From NCBI RefSeq assembly GCF_009914755.1, contig NC_060925.1: a DNA stretch of 64,000 nucleotides; one strand, written 5' to 3'. How positions within the stretch are numbered: position 1 is the first letter of the stretch; each line of letters begins with the position of its first letter. Of the stretch, positions 1 to 13,178 are shown piece by piece. The notes below the pieces were generated by a model. That model was given only the letters and a program-made list of their open reading frames with translations. It had not been told where the DNA came from and did no database searches. The DNA comes from the human T2T-CHM13v2.0 reference genome, Homo sapiens. The translations under genes were made by a program, and so were the position numbers.

Positions 1-489
1 TGGGGTGTAGCTTATTAACCCCGGGTCCAAAGCATCAAAAAGGTGCACTTTCTGTTTCCCATGGGTGATCAACATAAGTCTTCCATGCGCACTTTTTGAT
101 TACTTAATAGCCACTGGGGTGTGCAGTGGCCCTGAGTGCGTACACACACAAACACACACTTATCCAACACATGGCCATTGTTCTGGACACCAGGGTGTGA
201 GATGTGCAGACTCCAGGTTGCCATGGTAATTGGGAATATGACTGCTTCTAGGTAAGAGAGCAGAAACTGTAGATTGTCAGCAATTTGAGGCTGATGTATC
301 TTTCTACCTCCTCCCCCAACCATCACTCCAGTGCATATTAGACAAGGGTGGGAAACCATAAATTAGTAAAGCTGGCAGAGAGATGTGTAGCAAGGAGAGA
401 TAAGTGACAAGAAAAGGATTTCTAATGTTGGCAATGCTCCCTCTGAACTTTTACATTTTTTAGTGTATTTTAATTTGTCCGGCTCTTTC

Positions 490-650
490 ATACACTTTAC
501 CTCATATATTCTTCACAATCCTATAAGGTATAATTCACCTCTGAGGAAACTATAGTTGAGAGAGTTTGGGCATTGGCTTACTTAAGGCATGGTCTTTAAG
601 TAGCAGAGCCAAGACTGAGATCCAGGTATTTTTAACCAAAGTGTCTGTCC
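490..650 (-). mobile_element. MIR SINE fragment
   Basis: Degenerate antisense MIR core: gaggaaact...gagagtt...gcagagccaagactgagatccagg. Confidence 0.55.
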
Positions 651-2997
651 ATGTATTCAGTAAACAAGTTTTGAATGTACTGAATATCATGCACTGTGAA
701 ATAATATGAATAAAATGTGGTTTATGTCCTCTGGGTATCACCATCTAGTGCCATGGTTCCCATGCCTGTCTTATTGTTGGTTCCCTGCCAGAGATCTCTT
801 TAATGCAGATTCTCAGGCCCAGGTGTGATGGATTGCATCGGATCTCTGGTGGGGGCAAACACTTTACGGGGCAAGGGCCATAGGCCAAGCTCCCTTCCTC
901 ACCTCTACCTGCTCTAACCCGGTTGGTCAACTGGGGAAAGGCCGACTCCAGACCCCAGAAGAAGCTCCTGAAGTCTTGTCCTGCAGGGGGGCAATTCTAG
1001 AATAGGATTTACAGTTTGGGCCTGTTAGGGAACCCCAGGTAGTCTCTAGATCCACTTTTGAACATCTGAATCTCTTGTTCCAGAAGCAGAATTCCTGCTG
1101 CAAATTTCTCACTCTGAGTTTGAATTTGGTATGGTGGAATAGGAAAATGAGAAAAGTTCGAGATTCCAAGGAAGAAGCTTCAGGTTTATGTAATAGTGAG
1201 CACATTACCTAACCTCTTTGAACTTTCATGTCGTCGTCTGAGGCAGACAATAATAGCCATGTTTCCCCCACCCCGCATTCCAAAAGAAGATTCATAGGAA
1301 CCTGTGCAGCTGCCATCACACCAGGGAGTCCTGCCGCCCTCCCCATGCAGGTCTGCTTTGGTGTTGGGCAGTCATGGAGTGGCCTGCAGTGTGCTAGGTC
1401 AGGTAGACCAAGTTGTTGCCTGTGGATACTGGATTACCTTCTCAGAAAAACCAGCCTGTCCCAAAGCAAGTGCCCCGACATCTTGTAAGATGAAGACGAG
1501 CTTGCATTCTCTTCTGCAGTCAGTGTTGAAAGTGAACTCACTCTGCAGAGGAACACAACACGAAATTCACATTCAATCATTTAAACTCTCCTAGAGCTCA
1601 GTTTCCCAATGTATTTTGTTGACAAGTGATATTTGGGGGACAGTTTTAAGCTTGCAATCTGTCCTTATTTATGATTTCTTTGCTGTCCTCCCTTCAGAGT
1701 TTTGGTTTGGGTGACCCTCAGGTAAGTTCCCTGGAGTGTAATCTAAAGTCATCACCTCTTCTCCTCACCCAGGAGGGCAGAACCCCGCCCATCTCCTGTG
1801 GGCTCCCTCCATCCTCCTGAGCTCCGCGCACTCCCCTGCCAGACCACACCAATCTCAGGAGGTCACTTGGCTTTTTCTTTCTGGATAGGGGCTCGTCTCA
1901 TTTCCATGGTTTCTTAACAGTTAGAAGTGCTTTCTATTTAATACTTAGATTTTAATTCCTTCAAATAGGCTTTGGAATTATTTATTTTGCTACTGATGAA
2001 TCTTTCTTCTGGTCTAAAAGTATGAAACCCCTCCCTGTTTTGGGATTTACAGTCTGCCTGCTTTAGGTTCACAAACCTTTTCCATTAAAGGTTTTTCTCC
2101 TCTGCCAATATTTATTGCTGGAGTCACTGTTTGTCCAGAAGCTACTGTCTGCTGCATCTTCTGGGAAATGAAATTTATGTCTCCTGGCACTGATGGGGGT
2201 GACATCACCAAGTGGCATAAGCCCTGGGCCAAGCCTCCCAGTGGATGGCAAGCATGGGAGTGGGAGGGAATGGAGTGGGTTACATAAACAGACACCATCT
2301 ACCTCTTCCTTTCCTGCCCCTCCCTGCACCATCCCACCCACCACTCATACTGATAGTATCATTATATGTTAATAGGATCTGTTAAAATTGACACCTGTCC
2401 TTAAAATTAGTACTAAGGGGCTGGGGTCAGTAGTGGAGAGGAGGGCAGGACCAAAGTGTCTGTTCAAAGGGCAATAGCTGTGCCTTCCTTTGTAGCAAGT
2501 CACCCTCATATGGGCCATGTGACACGTTTCCATAGCCTGTTGACAGCTGAGCTAACTAAGGCACAGTGATTCAGAATTTTGCTAGTTCATAGCAGAACCA
2601 AGTTGGAACCTAGCTCTTCAAACGCAGGTCTCTGCAGTGGCATGTGTCCTGAGAAGGTGTGATTGCAGCTCTCAGCCTCAGCCCCTCTCCCACCTGCCTT
2701 ACATGAAAGTCGCCCCCAGGCTCCAACACAAGCTGGCCCACAATAGAGAGACAGAAAATGCCTGTGCAGCAGTTTGCTGGGTACATTTGGCCTCCGCCCA
2801 CTCTCCTCTTTTCCCCTATTTTGCCAGCTTTCTCCTGGTTCTATTTTTTCCAAGGAGTCTTACTTAGTGCCATCTCTATATCCTCACCTCCCATTTGCTT
2901 CTCAACCTACTGCACTCTCCTCTGCTTTTGTCCTCCACACCCCACCTGAATTAACCAAGAATCTCCAACTGCCCAGCTCAATAGATAGCCTTGGGTC

Positions 2998-3172
2998 TAG
3001 GGCCAACGTGAGGAGTGTGGTATCCATGTAGTCGCACAGGACCCTGGACTCAGAAGAGCCCCATGTTTGGTTTAATGTTCCACCGTTGCTGCCTGAAATT
3101 CTTAGTAATTTTTGAACAAGAGATTTTGCATTCTCATATTGCACGGGACCTCACAAATTATGCAGTTGATCT
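2998..3172 (+). mobile_element. MER45A-like hAT-Tip100 non-autonomous DNA transposon
   Basis: ctcagaagagccccatgtttggtttaatg...gaaattcttagtaatttttgaacaag...caaattatgcag matches the recalled MER45A consensus. Confidence 0.75.
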
Positions 3173-3429
3173 TATTTGAGTCTTTAAAACATGAAACTTC
3201 TGTAACAGAAACCCAAGTTTTTTCAGTCACCCTTAGGGACCCCTTGATCTCAGGGAGAAGCCCTTCCTTAGCCTCAGAAGATGAATCTAAGTGACTAAAA
3301 CAGTGATGGAATCTCAAGATTTCTGATCAGAAATTGATCTAGAGGTGATGATATGGTCTAGATCTCATAGAAGAAAGGAAAGCAAAACTTATTCTGGGTA
3401 AACCTTTGCATTTCTGTAGAAAATGGACT

Positions 3430-3730
3430 GACTCAGTTGGACTGCTCCTTACTCTTTTGCCTCTCCCCACTTTTCTTACTGTGGATGTGGGCACAATACC
3501 TGGAGGTGCAGCAGCCATTTCATGACACGAGGAAGAATCCAACATGTTACAAATGGAAAAGATAAAGCTAGGAGAAGCTGTTTCTCTCACGGCATTGTTG
3601 AGCACTGCCCCAGTCTTAGATTACCTCTCTCTGAACTTCTGTCATGCACAAAACACACATCAACAACCATCAAAAGCCCTTAAAGTCATTGCTGTGGATT
3701 TTTCTTTTTCACTACAGTTAAACGTTGTGT
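3430..3730 (+). mobile_element. Old ERVL/MaLR-type LTR fragment (LTR33/LTR16-like)
   Basis: ctggaggtgcagcagccatttcatgac motif typical of these LTRs. Confidence 0.45.
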
Positions 3731-5027
3731 AAGTTCAATGACTTTTTGGGCAGAATTTACTACAATGTTGTGCATTCCCTCCACTTAAAACAGTCTTTCC
3801 TTGACACTCATGACGCTGTCTCAGCTGGGTTTTCTCATCATTTCTTCTCCTATTCCTCCTCCTCAGCTCAGTCCTTGATGGTGCTACCCTGAAGGATTTA
3901 GTGATTTTTTCTTTTATTCCTCCCTGGGCATCTATTGGGTACTCCTGTATGTTGGGCTTCACACTAAGTGCAGCAGTTGGAGCCATGAAGACAGGCTGTC
4001 CCATGGAGCTTGCGTTGTGTCCCCAGTTCACTGTCTCAACCATGGCCCACACACCTCCTGAGCAATCTCCTTTACTTCCCCAGCTTTAACTACATGTAGG
4101 GGTTTCATTCTGGGGTAGCGCTTCACATTGATGTACCTTATTCATCAACGGTCAACAAATCCTCCTGGAAAGAAAAGAAAGAAGAGACCGAACTGTCCTT
4201 GATGAGTCAGTCATGAAGTCATCTTTATTCCATATTTCCAGCCAAGATATGAACAGAAGACATAAAAGACCTGGTCATCTTTTATCACTCCTAAGCTCCA
4301 ATTTTATTTTTCTACACTACTCAGCCATATTAGGGGGTTAAAGAGTAGTAAAGTCCCCTCACGGAATCCTGCCATATGTGGGAATTTTCTTTTATTTTCC
4401 ATAAAATGTACTGAAAGATCCCATCGGATTTAAAAGTTATGGTACTGTCAGTGCTGCTAGCCCCTTACTCACATGCAAACCATGACAGAAAACAGTAAGA
4501 CAGGCACCAGAAAGGGAATATGTGTCAAATTCCCCCAGAGCTCTAGCGAAAGAAGACTGCTACTATCGTTAATAGCATTTGTTTTTTAAAAATGTGCTTC
4601 ATTTGGGGCTAGTTTAAAATGAAAGAGTTTAAAATAAAATGGCAACCCACTGATTTATGAGAATTTCACATAAGGATATAACCCAATTGACAGGAAGCAA
4701 TTTATCCACAAAAATGATTATTATTTACTTATGATAACAAAACACTGAGAAGCAACTTTACTTATTGTTATCCGTGTAATTCACTACATTCTTACATTAG
4801 AGGAGAAAGACTGTATGATCATCTTGATTAATGCTTAAAAACCATGTGTTAAATGTCAAAGACTATTCCTAACAAAAGCTTTTAGTAAGCCAGGGATAAA
4901 AGGAAAGTTCTTAATTTGTTGATGATATGAACAAATGTTAACAAAAAACCCACAACAAACATTATACTAAACAAAGAAATGTAAGAAGCCTTTTCCTCAG
5001 AGTTTGGAAAAACACTCTACAGTACTT

Positions 5028-5358
5028 CAGAGTTGGGACTATGGTTACATGAGTGAGGAACTTACCTGAGGTGCAAAATTTGAGAAAGTGCCCATAAACT
5101 CAATAATCAGTAAAATAAATAACATTTTAATGCAATATTTTAAAAAATCCAATTTAAGGCAAAAAATCCCCGAAGAACAAAATATACACATATTAAAGAC
5201 AGGATCAGTAAAACTGATTTCTCCTTTTGCTTCCAGCTCTGATGTGGCTCTAATACTCATTAAAATCTTTTTTGTCTTGACTGCAGAGCCTTTGGTGCCT
5301 CCCTAAGTTTTGTGCCTAAGGCCAGTGCCTCTCTCGCCTCATCTCAATTCTAGTCCTG
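5028..5358 (+). mobile_element. MER96B-like hAT DNA transposon
   Basis: gtgcaaaatttgagaaagtgcc...aaataacattttaatgcaatattt; inverted ends cagagttgggact / tagtcctg. Confidence 0.7.
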
Positions 5359-5469
5359 TGGTATTTTTCAAGTTTTGGCTGATGTAACATGACAAAAATA
5401 TGTGACAGCAGGCAAAAATACTGTAGAAGAGGCAAATCTATTATTACTTGTAAGTAAGCGCGTGCAGTG

Positions 5470-5640
5470 AGTCAAATCCTGACTTCAGCCATCACTGTGT
5501 AACCTTTGGCGTGTCACTTAAACTCTCAGCTGCAAACGGGGATAATAATAGTGACTACCTCATAAAGTGATTGCTGGAATTAAATGAGTTCATGTATGTA
5601 CAGTGCTTAGAAGCCTGTCAGAGAGTAAGCACAATGTAGT
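5470..5640 (+). mobile_element. MIR
   Basis: ggggataataatagtgactacctcata...attaaatgag...gtgcttagaa. Confidence 0.7.
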
Positions 5641-6934
5641 TTTATCTATAACATTTGTCTACCTAGAATATCCAAGAAAAACAATTGAAAAACTATTAGA
5701 ACCATTTCAGAAAACATAAAAACTAACAGCCTTTCTACACATGCACAGTGTCAAATTAATAAATACAGTGTAGAAAAAGATATCTACACACAGCAACTAG
5801 GATTATTAACAATGGGGGAATACCTTTATCAAGATATGTGCAAGATCTATCAAGCTATAGTCTTCTAGGGAAGATCATGAAGAAGACAGGAGTAAAAAGA
5901 GTGACATGGCAAATTTTTGCATAGAAGCTCTCAATATTGTAAAGAGACAGTGGTTTCCCCTAAGTTAGTCTATATTTAGTATAATCTAGATCAAAATTAC
6001 AATAGAAGTTTCCAACCAATTTTGGAATCAATCAATTTTGGTTGATTCTAAAATTCATCTATTGTGTGCAGATAATCTCGTGCAAAGATTGTGTCAAGAA
6101 AATCTTGTGCTATGAGATCTTAAATATACTACAAATTTATGGTAATTAAAACAGTGTGGTGCTGGCACAGTAACAGGATAACTAAAAAGAAGGCACAGGA
6201 ACATTTATGTATAGAAACTATCATTTAGCCATGGGAATTGGTATATGCTAGAAGTATCATTTCAAGCCACTGGGAAAGGATGAACAAGTCAGTGTGTGGC
6301 ACTGGGACAGTTTGCTCTCCTTTCACAAAAAGAGTAAGTGAGATCCGCAGCTCACACCATACCCTGAAATAAATCACCAACCGATCAAAGGCCTAAGTGT
6401 AAAGTAAAAATAAGACATGAAAGTACTAGAACATACAAGAGAATTTAGTTTTCATTAATGTATGGAACAGTGGCACATGGAAAACATTAACTAAATACAT
6501 GTTGAGCAAATACATTAAAAAATCTAGATGTGAGAAGGGCCTTTCTCCACAAAACACCAAATCCTAAAGCCATAAAGTAAAAAACTGACTATGTAATCTT
6601 AATGACTTATAATGAAAGAAATCCATAAATAAAGCTAGTTTTCAACCAACAGCCTGGGAGAGAAAACACTTTTACATTACCTAATATTCAAGAAAACTTA
6701 TATGCAGTCTTAGTGAAAGCACTCCTATAAATTACTAGGAAAAAAAACAATCTAGAGAAAAATAGGCTACTCAGAAAAGAAGAAATGTAAATGTTCAATA
6801 AATGTATGAAAATATCTTCAACCTCAGTAATCAGAGAAGTGCAAATGAAAAGAAAATATTATTATCAACCTAAGATTGTTAATATTCATTGTAATTGTGG
6901 GCAAAGGAAAATGGTATTCTACTGAAGTGTTTCG

Positions 6935-7256
6935 TGTTTTGTTTTGTTTGTATTTATTTATTTATTTATTTATTTTAAGCTGGATTCTCACTCTGTTGCC
7001 CATGCTGGAGTGCAGAGTCACAATCTCAGCTCACTGCAACCTCTGCCCCCAGGTTCAAGCAATTCTCCCACCTCAGCCTCCCGAGCAGCTGGTATTACAG
7101 TCGTGCACCACCATGCCAAGGTAATTTTTGTATTTTTAGTAGAGCCAGGGTTTCATCATGTTGGCCAGGCTGGTCTCAAACTCCTGACCTCAGGTGATCT
7201 GCCCCCTTCAGCCTCCCAAAGTGCTGGATTACAGGCATGAGCCACCATGCCTGGCC
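6935..7256 (-). mobile_element. AluS (Sx-like) sitting in the poly(A) tail of the adjacent L1MA
   Basis: Full antisense dimer, (TTTA)n tail, cctgacctcaggtgatc. Confidence 0.95.
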
Positions 7257-7269
7257 TATTGTTCTATTT

Positions 7270-9645
7270 TTTGAAATGTTTTATTTTTAATTTTTGTGGG
7301 TACATAGTAGGCATATATATCCATGGGGTACATGAGATAATTTAATACAGGCATGCAATGTGTAATAATCACATCAGGGTAAATGAGGTATCTATCACCT
7401 CAAGCATTTATCCTTTGTGATATAAACATTCCAGTTATACTCTTTTAGTTATTTTAAAACATGCAATTAAATTATTACAGACAAAAGTCACCACGTTGTG
7501 CTAGCAAACACCTGATCTTATTCATTCTTTCTATTTTTTGCACCAATTAATCATCCCCACCTCCCCCTCCACTTTGTTCCACTACCCTTCCCAGCCTCTG
7601 GTAACCATCCTTCTATGCTCTATCTCCATGAGTTCAGTCATTTTAATTTTTAGCTCCCACAGATAAGTGAGAACGTGCAAAATTTGTCTTTCTGTGCCTG
7701 GCCTATTTCACTTAATTTAATGGTATTCCTTGGTTGTCTTTGCTTTCACCTGCCATTTCCCTCACCCTCTCAACCCTCAGCCCAGCATCTGAGAAAGGCC
7801 TAGAGTAGGAATTTATGTTTAACACGCATTTAATAGGCACCTAACTTGTATCGGCACTAAAAGCACAGTGATGCACACACTCCCAGCCTTTGTGAAGCTT
7901 ACAGCTGGCTGATGGAGAACAACAATTAAACAAGCAATAACAATCAAGTGTGGTAAGTTCCATCCAGTTCCATTAATGTTGTTGTAAATGACAGGATCTC
8001 ATTCTTTTTATGGCTGAATAGTACTCCATTGTGTATTTGAACCACATTTTCTCTATCCACTCATCTACTGATGAACACTTAGGTTGTTTCCCATCTTGGC
8101 TGTTGTGAACAGTGCTGCAGCAAGCATGGAAGTGCAGGTATCTCTTTGGTATATGGATTTCCTTTCTTTGGGGGATATACCTAGTAGTGGGATTGCTGGA
8201 TTGTATGGTAGCTCTATTTTTAGTTTTTTGAGGAACCTCCAAACTGTTCTCTATAGTGGTTGTACTAATCTACATTCCCTTTTCCCCACATCCTTGCCAG
8301 CATTCATTATTGCCTGTTTTTTTGATACAAGCCATTTTAGCTGAGGTGACCTGATATCTCATTGTAGTTTTGATTTGCATTTCTCTGATGATCAGTGATG
8401 TGGAGCACCTTTTTCTATACCTATTTGCCATTTGTATGTCTTCTTTTGAGAAATGTCTATTCAGATATTTTGCCCATTTTTAATCAGATTATTAGATTCT
8501 TTCCTATAGAGTTGTTTGAGCTCCTTATATATTCTGATTATTAATCCCTTGTCAAACGGATAGTTTGCAAATATTTTCTCCCATTCTGTAGATTGTCTTT
8601 TCACTTTGTTGATTGTTTCTTTTGCTGTGCAGAAGCTTTTTAACTTGATGTGATCTCATTTGTCAATTTTTGGTTTGGTTTTCTGTACTTGTGAGGTATT
8701 ACTCAAGAAATTTTTGCCTACTCCAAAGTGCTAGAGAGTTTCCCCCAATGTTTTCTTTTAGTAGTTTCATAGTTTGAGATCTTAGATTTAAGTCTTTAAT
8801 ACATTTTGATTTGATTTTTATATATGATGAGAGATAGAGGTCTAGTTTCATTCTTCTGCATATGTATATCCAGTTTTCTCAGCAGCATTTATTGAAGAGA
8901 CTCCTTTCCCCAATGTATGTTTTTGGCACCTTTGTCAAAAATGAGTTCACTATAAATGTATGGATTTGTTTCTGAGTTCTGTGTTCTGTTCCAGTGGTTT
9001 ATGAGTCTGTTTTTATGCCAGTACCATGCTTTTCGGTTATATAGTATAATTTGAAGTCAGGTAATGTGATTCTGCCAGTTTTATTCTTTTTGCTCAGGAT
9101 AGCTTTGGCTACTCTGAGTCTTTTGGGGTTACATATGCATTTTAGGATAGTTTTTCTCTATTTCTGTGAAGAACGTTATTGGTATTTTGATAGGGATTGC
9201 ATTGAATCTGTAAATTGCTTTGGGTAGTAAGGATATTTTAACAATATTTATTCTTCCAATCCATGAACATGGAATATCTTTCCATTGTTTTGTGTCCTCT
9301 TCAATTTCTTTCATAAATGCTTTACAGTTTTCATTACAGAGATCTTTCATTTATTTAGTTAAGTTTCCTAGGCATTTATTCTATTTGTAGCTATTGTAAA
9401 TGGTGTTTTTTTAATTTCTTTTTCAGATTGTTTGTTATTGGCATATAGAAAGTTACTTTTTTGTATGTTGATTTTGTATCCTGCAACTTTACTGAATTTA
9501 TCAGTTCTAATAGTTTTTTAGTTTAGTCTTTAGGTTTTTCCAAATATAAGATCATATCATCTGCAAACAAGGGTGATTTGACTTCTTCCTTTCTAATTTG
9601 AATGCCCTTTATTTCTTTCTCTTATCTTATTGTTCTATCTAGGAC
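7270..9645 (-). mobile_element. 5'-truncated L1MA (MA1-3-like): 3'UTR and ORF2 C-terminus
   Basis: gtacatagtaggcatatatatccatggggtacatgagata 3' end; minus-strand ORF fragment [25 protein letters not shown] (9129-9350). Confidence 0.9.
7728..7958 (+). repeat. 231-bp dispersed duplicate of 10649-10879
   Basis: Ungapped alignment by eye, about 23 mismatches in 231 bp (~90% identity). Confidence 0.95.
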
Positions 9646-9649
9646 ATTC

Positions 9650-10170
9650 TCTACTACAGTGTTGATTGGTGTTTAAATTGTTATAGCATTGAGGAAAAGG
9701 TATGGGGTGAGTCATTTGGCAGTACTGTACCTATCTAAATTCAAAAGTGCGTAACCTTTGACCCTTGCAATTCCACCTACAGGAATTTATACTTTAGAAA
9801 TTTGACCTAATTGAAATGTGTGCATGCACACACACACGTGCATGCAAGGACGTTTACTTAAGTATTGCTTAATTTATTAAAAAATAGAAATAACCTAAAT
9901 GATCTTCAATAAGAGAAAAATTTAATAAATGATGTTTCTCCTGATCTATTAACTATGATTCAGTGGTCAAAAAGAATGAAAAAGATATTATGGTACTGAC
10001 ATGGATAACTCTAAACAATACATTGAAAGTGAATAAAGGAAATTTCAGAACATTTAGTCTATTTTATTCCCTGTTGTATTCTCAGTGCCCAGAGCAGTCC
10101 TGGGCACATGGGATGGCTCAAAAGTATTTGTTGCGTGGATATGTGTAGTATGACCCCATTTATATGAATG
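9650..10170 (+). mobile_element. Continuation of the ancient L1ME 3' region; includes a short L2 3' end at ~10060-10145
   Basis: ctttgacccttgcaattccacctacaggaattta...aataacctaaatg; L2 tail cagtgcccagagcagtcctgggcacat. Confidence 0.6.
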
Positions 10171-10234
10171 GAATCATAGCAACTATAAAATCTTTCTCTC
10201 ACATAAATACACTCGTTTTAAACCCAGGTTTTGG

Positions 10235-10480
10235 GGTAGTGTATGAAAAATAACAGCTCTGGGTTCAAATCCTAGTTGTCACTTACCAATTGATGGCTCT
10301 GAGCAAGTTATTTACCTTCTTTAAGACTCATGTTCCTCATTGGTAACTAAGGCTAATAATAATACTTCATACCTTATAAAGATACTGGGAAGATTCAAAG
10401 ACAACTGTGTGTTCGTCACTCAAGAACACCTTCATCACCCAAAGCATACCTGATACTTTGCCGTTGCTCACTGAGTGGTT
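10235..10480 (+). mobile_element. MIR
   Basis: ctgggttcaaatcctag...gagcaagttatttacc. Confidence 0.6.
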
Positions 10481-11014
10481 GTTATTTGTATTCTCAATCT
10501 CCCTATATTTTCTCTGTATCACATTGGCTACCTAGGAATCTTTTGGTGTGAAGTTAGAGATAACACATTCAGAGTTTTCTGAGATGTAAATGAACTTCAC
10601 TGTGGCCTTCTGTGGGAGATTTTGCAGGACAATAACCCATCAATAGAGCCTTGGTTATCTTTGCCTTCACCTGCCATTTCCCTCATCCTCTTATCCCTCA
10701 GCCCAACATCTGAGAAGGGCCTATAGTAGGAGTTTATGTTTAGTACACATTTAATAGGCATCTGTCATGTATCAGCACTAAAAGTACAGTGATGCACACA
10801 CTCTCAGCCTTTGTGGTGCTTACAACTGGCTGATGGAGAACAACAATTAAACAAGCAATAACAATAAAGTGTGGTAAGTGCTATGACTGGGTTGGCCATG
10901 AGGAGTTAGGAGAGCATTGGCATGGCTTCTGATCTAGCTTAGGAGATCAGAGGAAGTGAGGGCCAATCCCAAGCTTGAAAGCTGATTAGGAGCTAAAGGG
11001 GCAGGGAGGAGCTA

Positions 11015-11725
<711 letters not shown>

Positions 11726-12142
11726 TTACTGTTTCAGAAAGACCGTTCTGGCTTTGCTGTAGGGAATGCAAGAAGCTAGAACTGCATTGGGGAAGACCAG
11801 TGAGGGGGCTGTTATGGTAGTACAGGGAGAAATGATGGCGATCTGGATTAGGGTGGTGGCAGGGGGATGTTGATGCATTTTAGAAATATTGAATAGGAAT
11901 AATCAACAGGACTTGATGATTGATTAGATGTGGGAGATGAGAGAGAGGAAAGAACCAAGGATGACATCCAGACCTGTGACTTGTACAACTGGATTTTTGT
12001 AAGTTAGTCTTGTATCCAGCCACCTCGATGAATTTTCTTGTAGTTCTAAAGCTTATTGTACATTTGCTTAGATTTTCTAGGTAGACAATTATGTTGACTG
12101 CAAATAAGGATGGTTTAGGTTCCTCTCTTCATTTTTATTGAT

Positions 12143-12660
12143 GTAGTATCAGTGAACGTCCAGTCAGGAAAAAAGAAACTGCTCTTGGTATTTCAAGCAA
12201 AGAGATGTAATAGATGAGATTAGGTGCTTACAAACTGGCTGGGAGTGTGGAGTGGTGAAAGTCAGGGGAGGCTGCTGCTAGATTTTAGGTTCACCATTGC
12301 AGTTGTTGCCTTTCACATCAAGAAGTTGCTGTTGCCATCCAGGTCAGGAAACTGACACTGATAGTCACAGCTGTCCTACAGCAGTGAACAGGGTAGGTGA
12401 GAGGGCTGGCTGCCTTGAGGATTTTATAAATCATTTCTGAGAGTGCCCAAGTATCTACAAGCCACTACCAGAGAGAAAAAGAGAGTCGTATAGCTTGCTT
12501 CTGACTCCCTCCCATCTCCAAATTGTAAGCAAGTGCATCTCATTGGCTGGATGATCATAGTAATGTGAAGGTAAAGGAGTGTGGGGCGAGTAGCTCCCAG
12601 GCTTCTAGCCCCAGTGATAAAGGGCAGGGATGGTAGAAATAACGGCGGCAAAAACAAGAC
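12143..12660 (-). mobile_element. Old ERVL-class solo LTR
   Basis: gtatcagtgaacgtccagtcaggaaaaaagaaactgctcttggtatttcaa start; ctcattggctgg near the other end. Confidence 0.5.
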
Positions 12661-12759
12661 AACAAAAACCAATATCCAGTGCAGTTTTGCCTTCATTTTC
12701 TGGGCCTACCTTTTGTGTGCAAGACACTCAAAACACTTTCAAATGAGTTAAACTCTCTA

Positions 12760-13178
12760 GGTTCTTCTCTCACCACTTCTCCCAGGTGCACTATGTTCTG
12801 GAAGACGCACAGAATGTCATGCAACTTTCTAAATGTATGTCCATGCCTTTGCCCTTGTGGTACCACCTAAAAGTTACCTTTCCTCTGCCTGTGAAGACTC
12901 TTCCTGTTCCTTCAGCGCCCATTCACTCCTTGCCCCCTTACCTGCATCAGGCAGGACTGATGCCTATCTTCACTATTTCCACTACACTGGGTTCACAGTT
13001 CTATAGCAGTAACTTGTCCCACTGAATTTTAATTTTGGTCAAAGTGCCCATCTTTCTCAGTAGACATAAGCATCCCAAGGTAAGTGACCAAGGCTTATTT
13101 TGTGTTTATGTCCCAAGCACCTGCTGCAGTGCTTGGAATATAACAGGTGCTCACTGAAGATTTCTTGAATGTGTGAAG
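12760..13178 (+). mobile_element. L2 3' end
   Basis: tagacataagcatcccaagg...cccaagcacctgctgcagtgcttgg...ggtgctcactgaag. Confidence 0.65.

Larger units (their letters stand above)
4760..6930 (+). mobile_element. Ancient L1M (L1ME-like) ORF2 remnant, interrupted by MER96B and MIR
   Basis: A-rich degenerate ORF2 sequence: gtaattcactacatt...gatcatcttgattaatgc (NVIHHI..MIISIDA-like), gtaattaaaacagtgtggtgctggcaca, ctcacaccatacc. Confidence 0.7.

Noticed and set aside
9817-9846. Palindrome tgtgtgcatgcacaca
   Set aside because: By-product of a (TG)/(CA) microsatellite.
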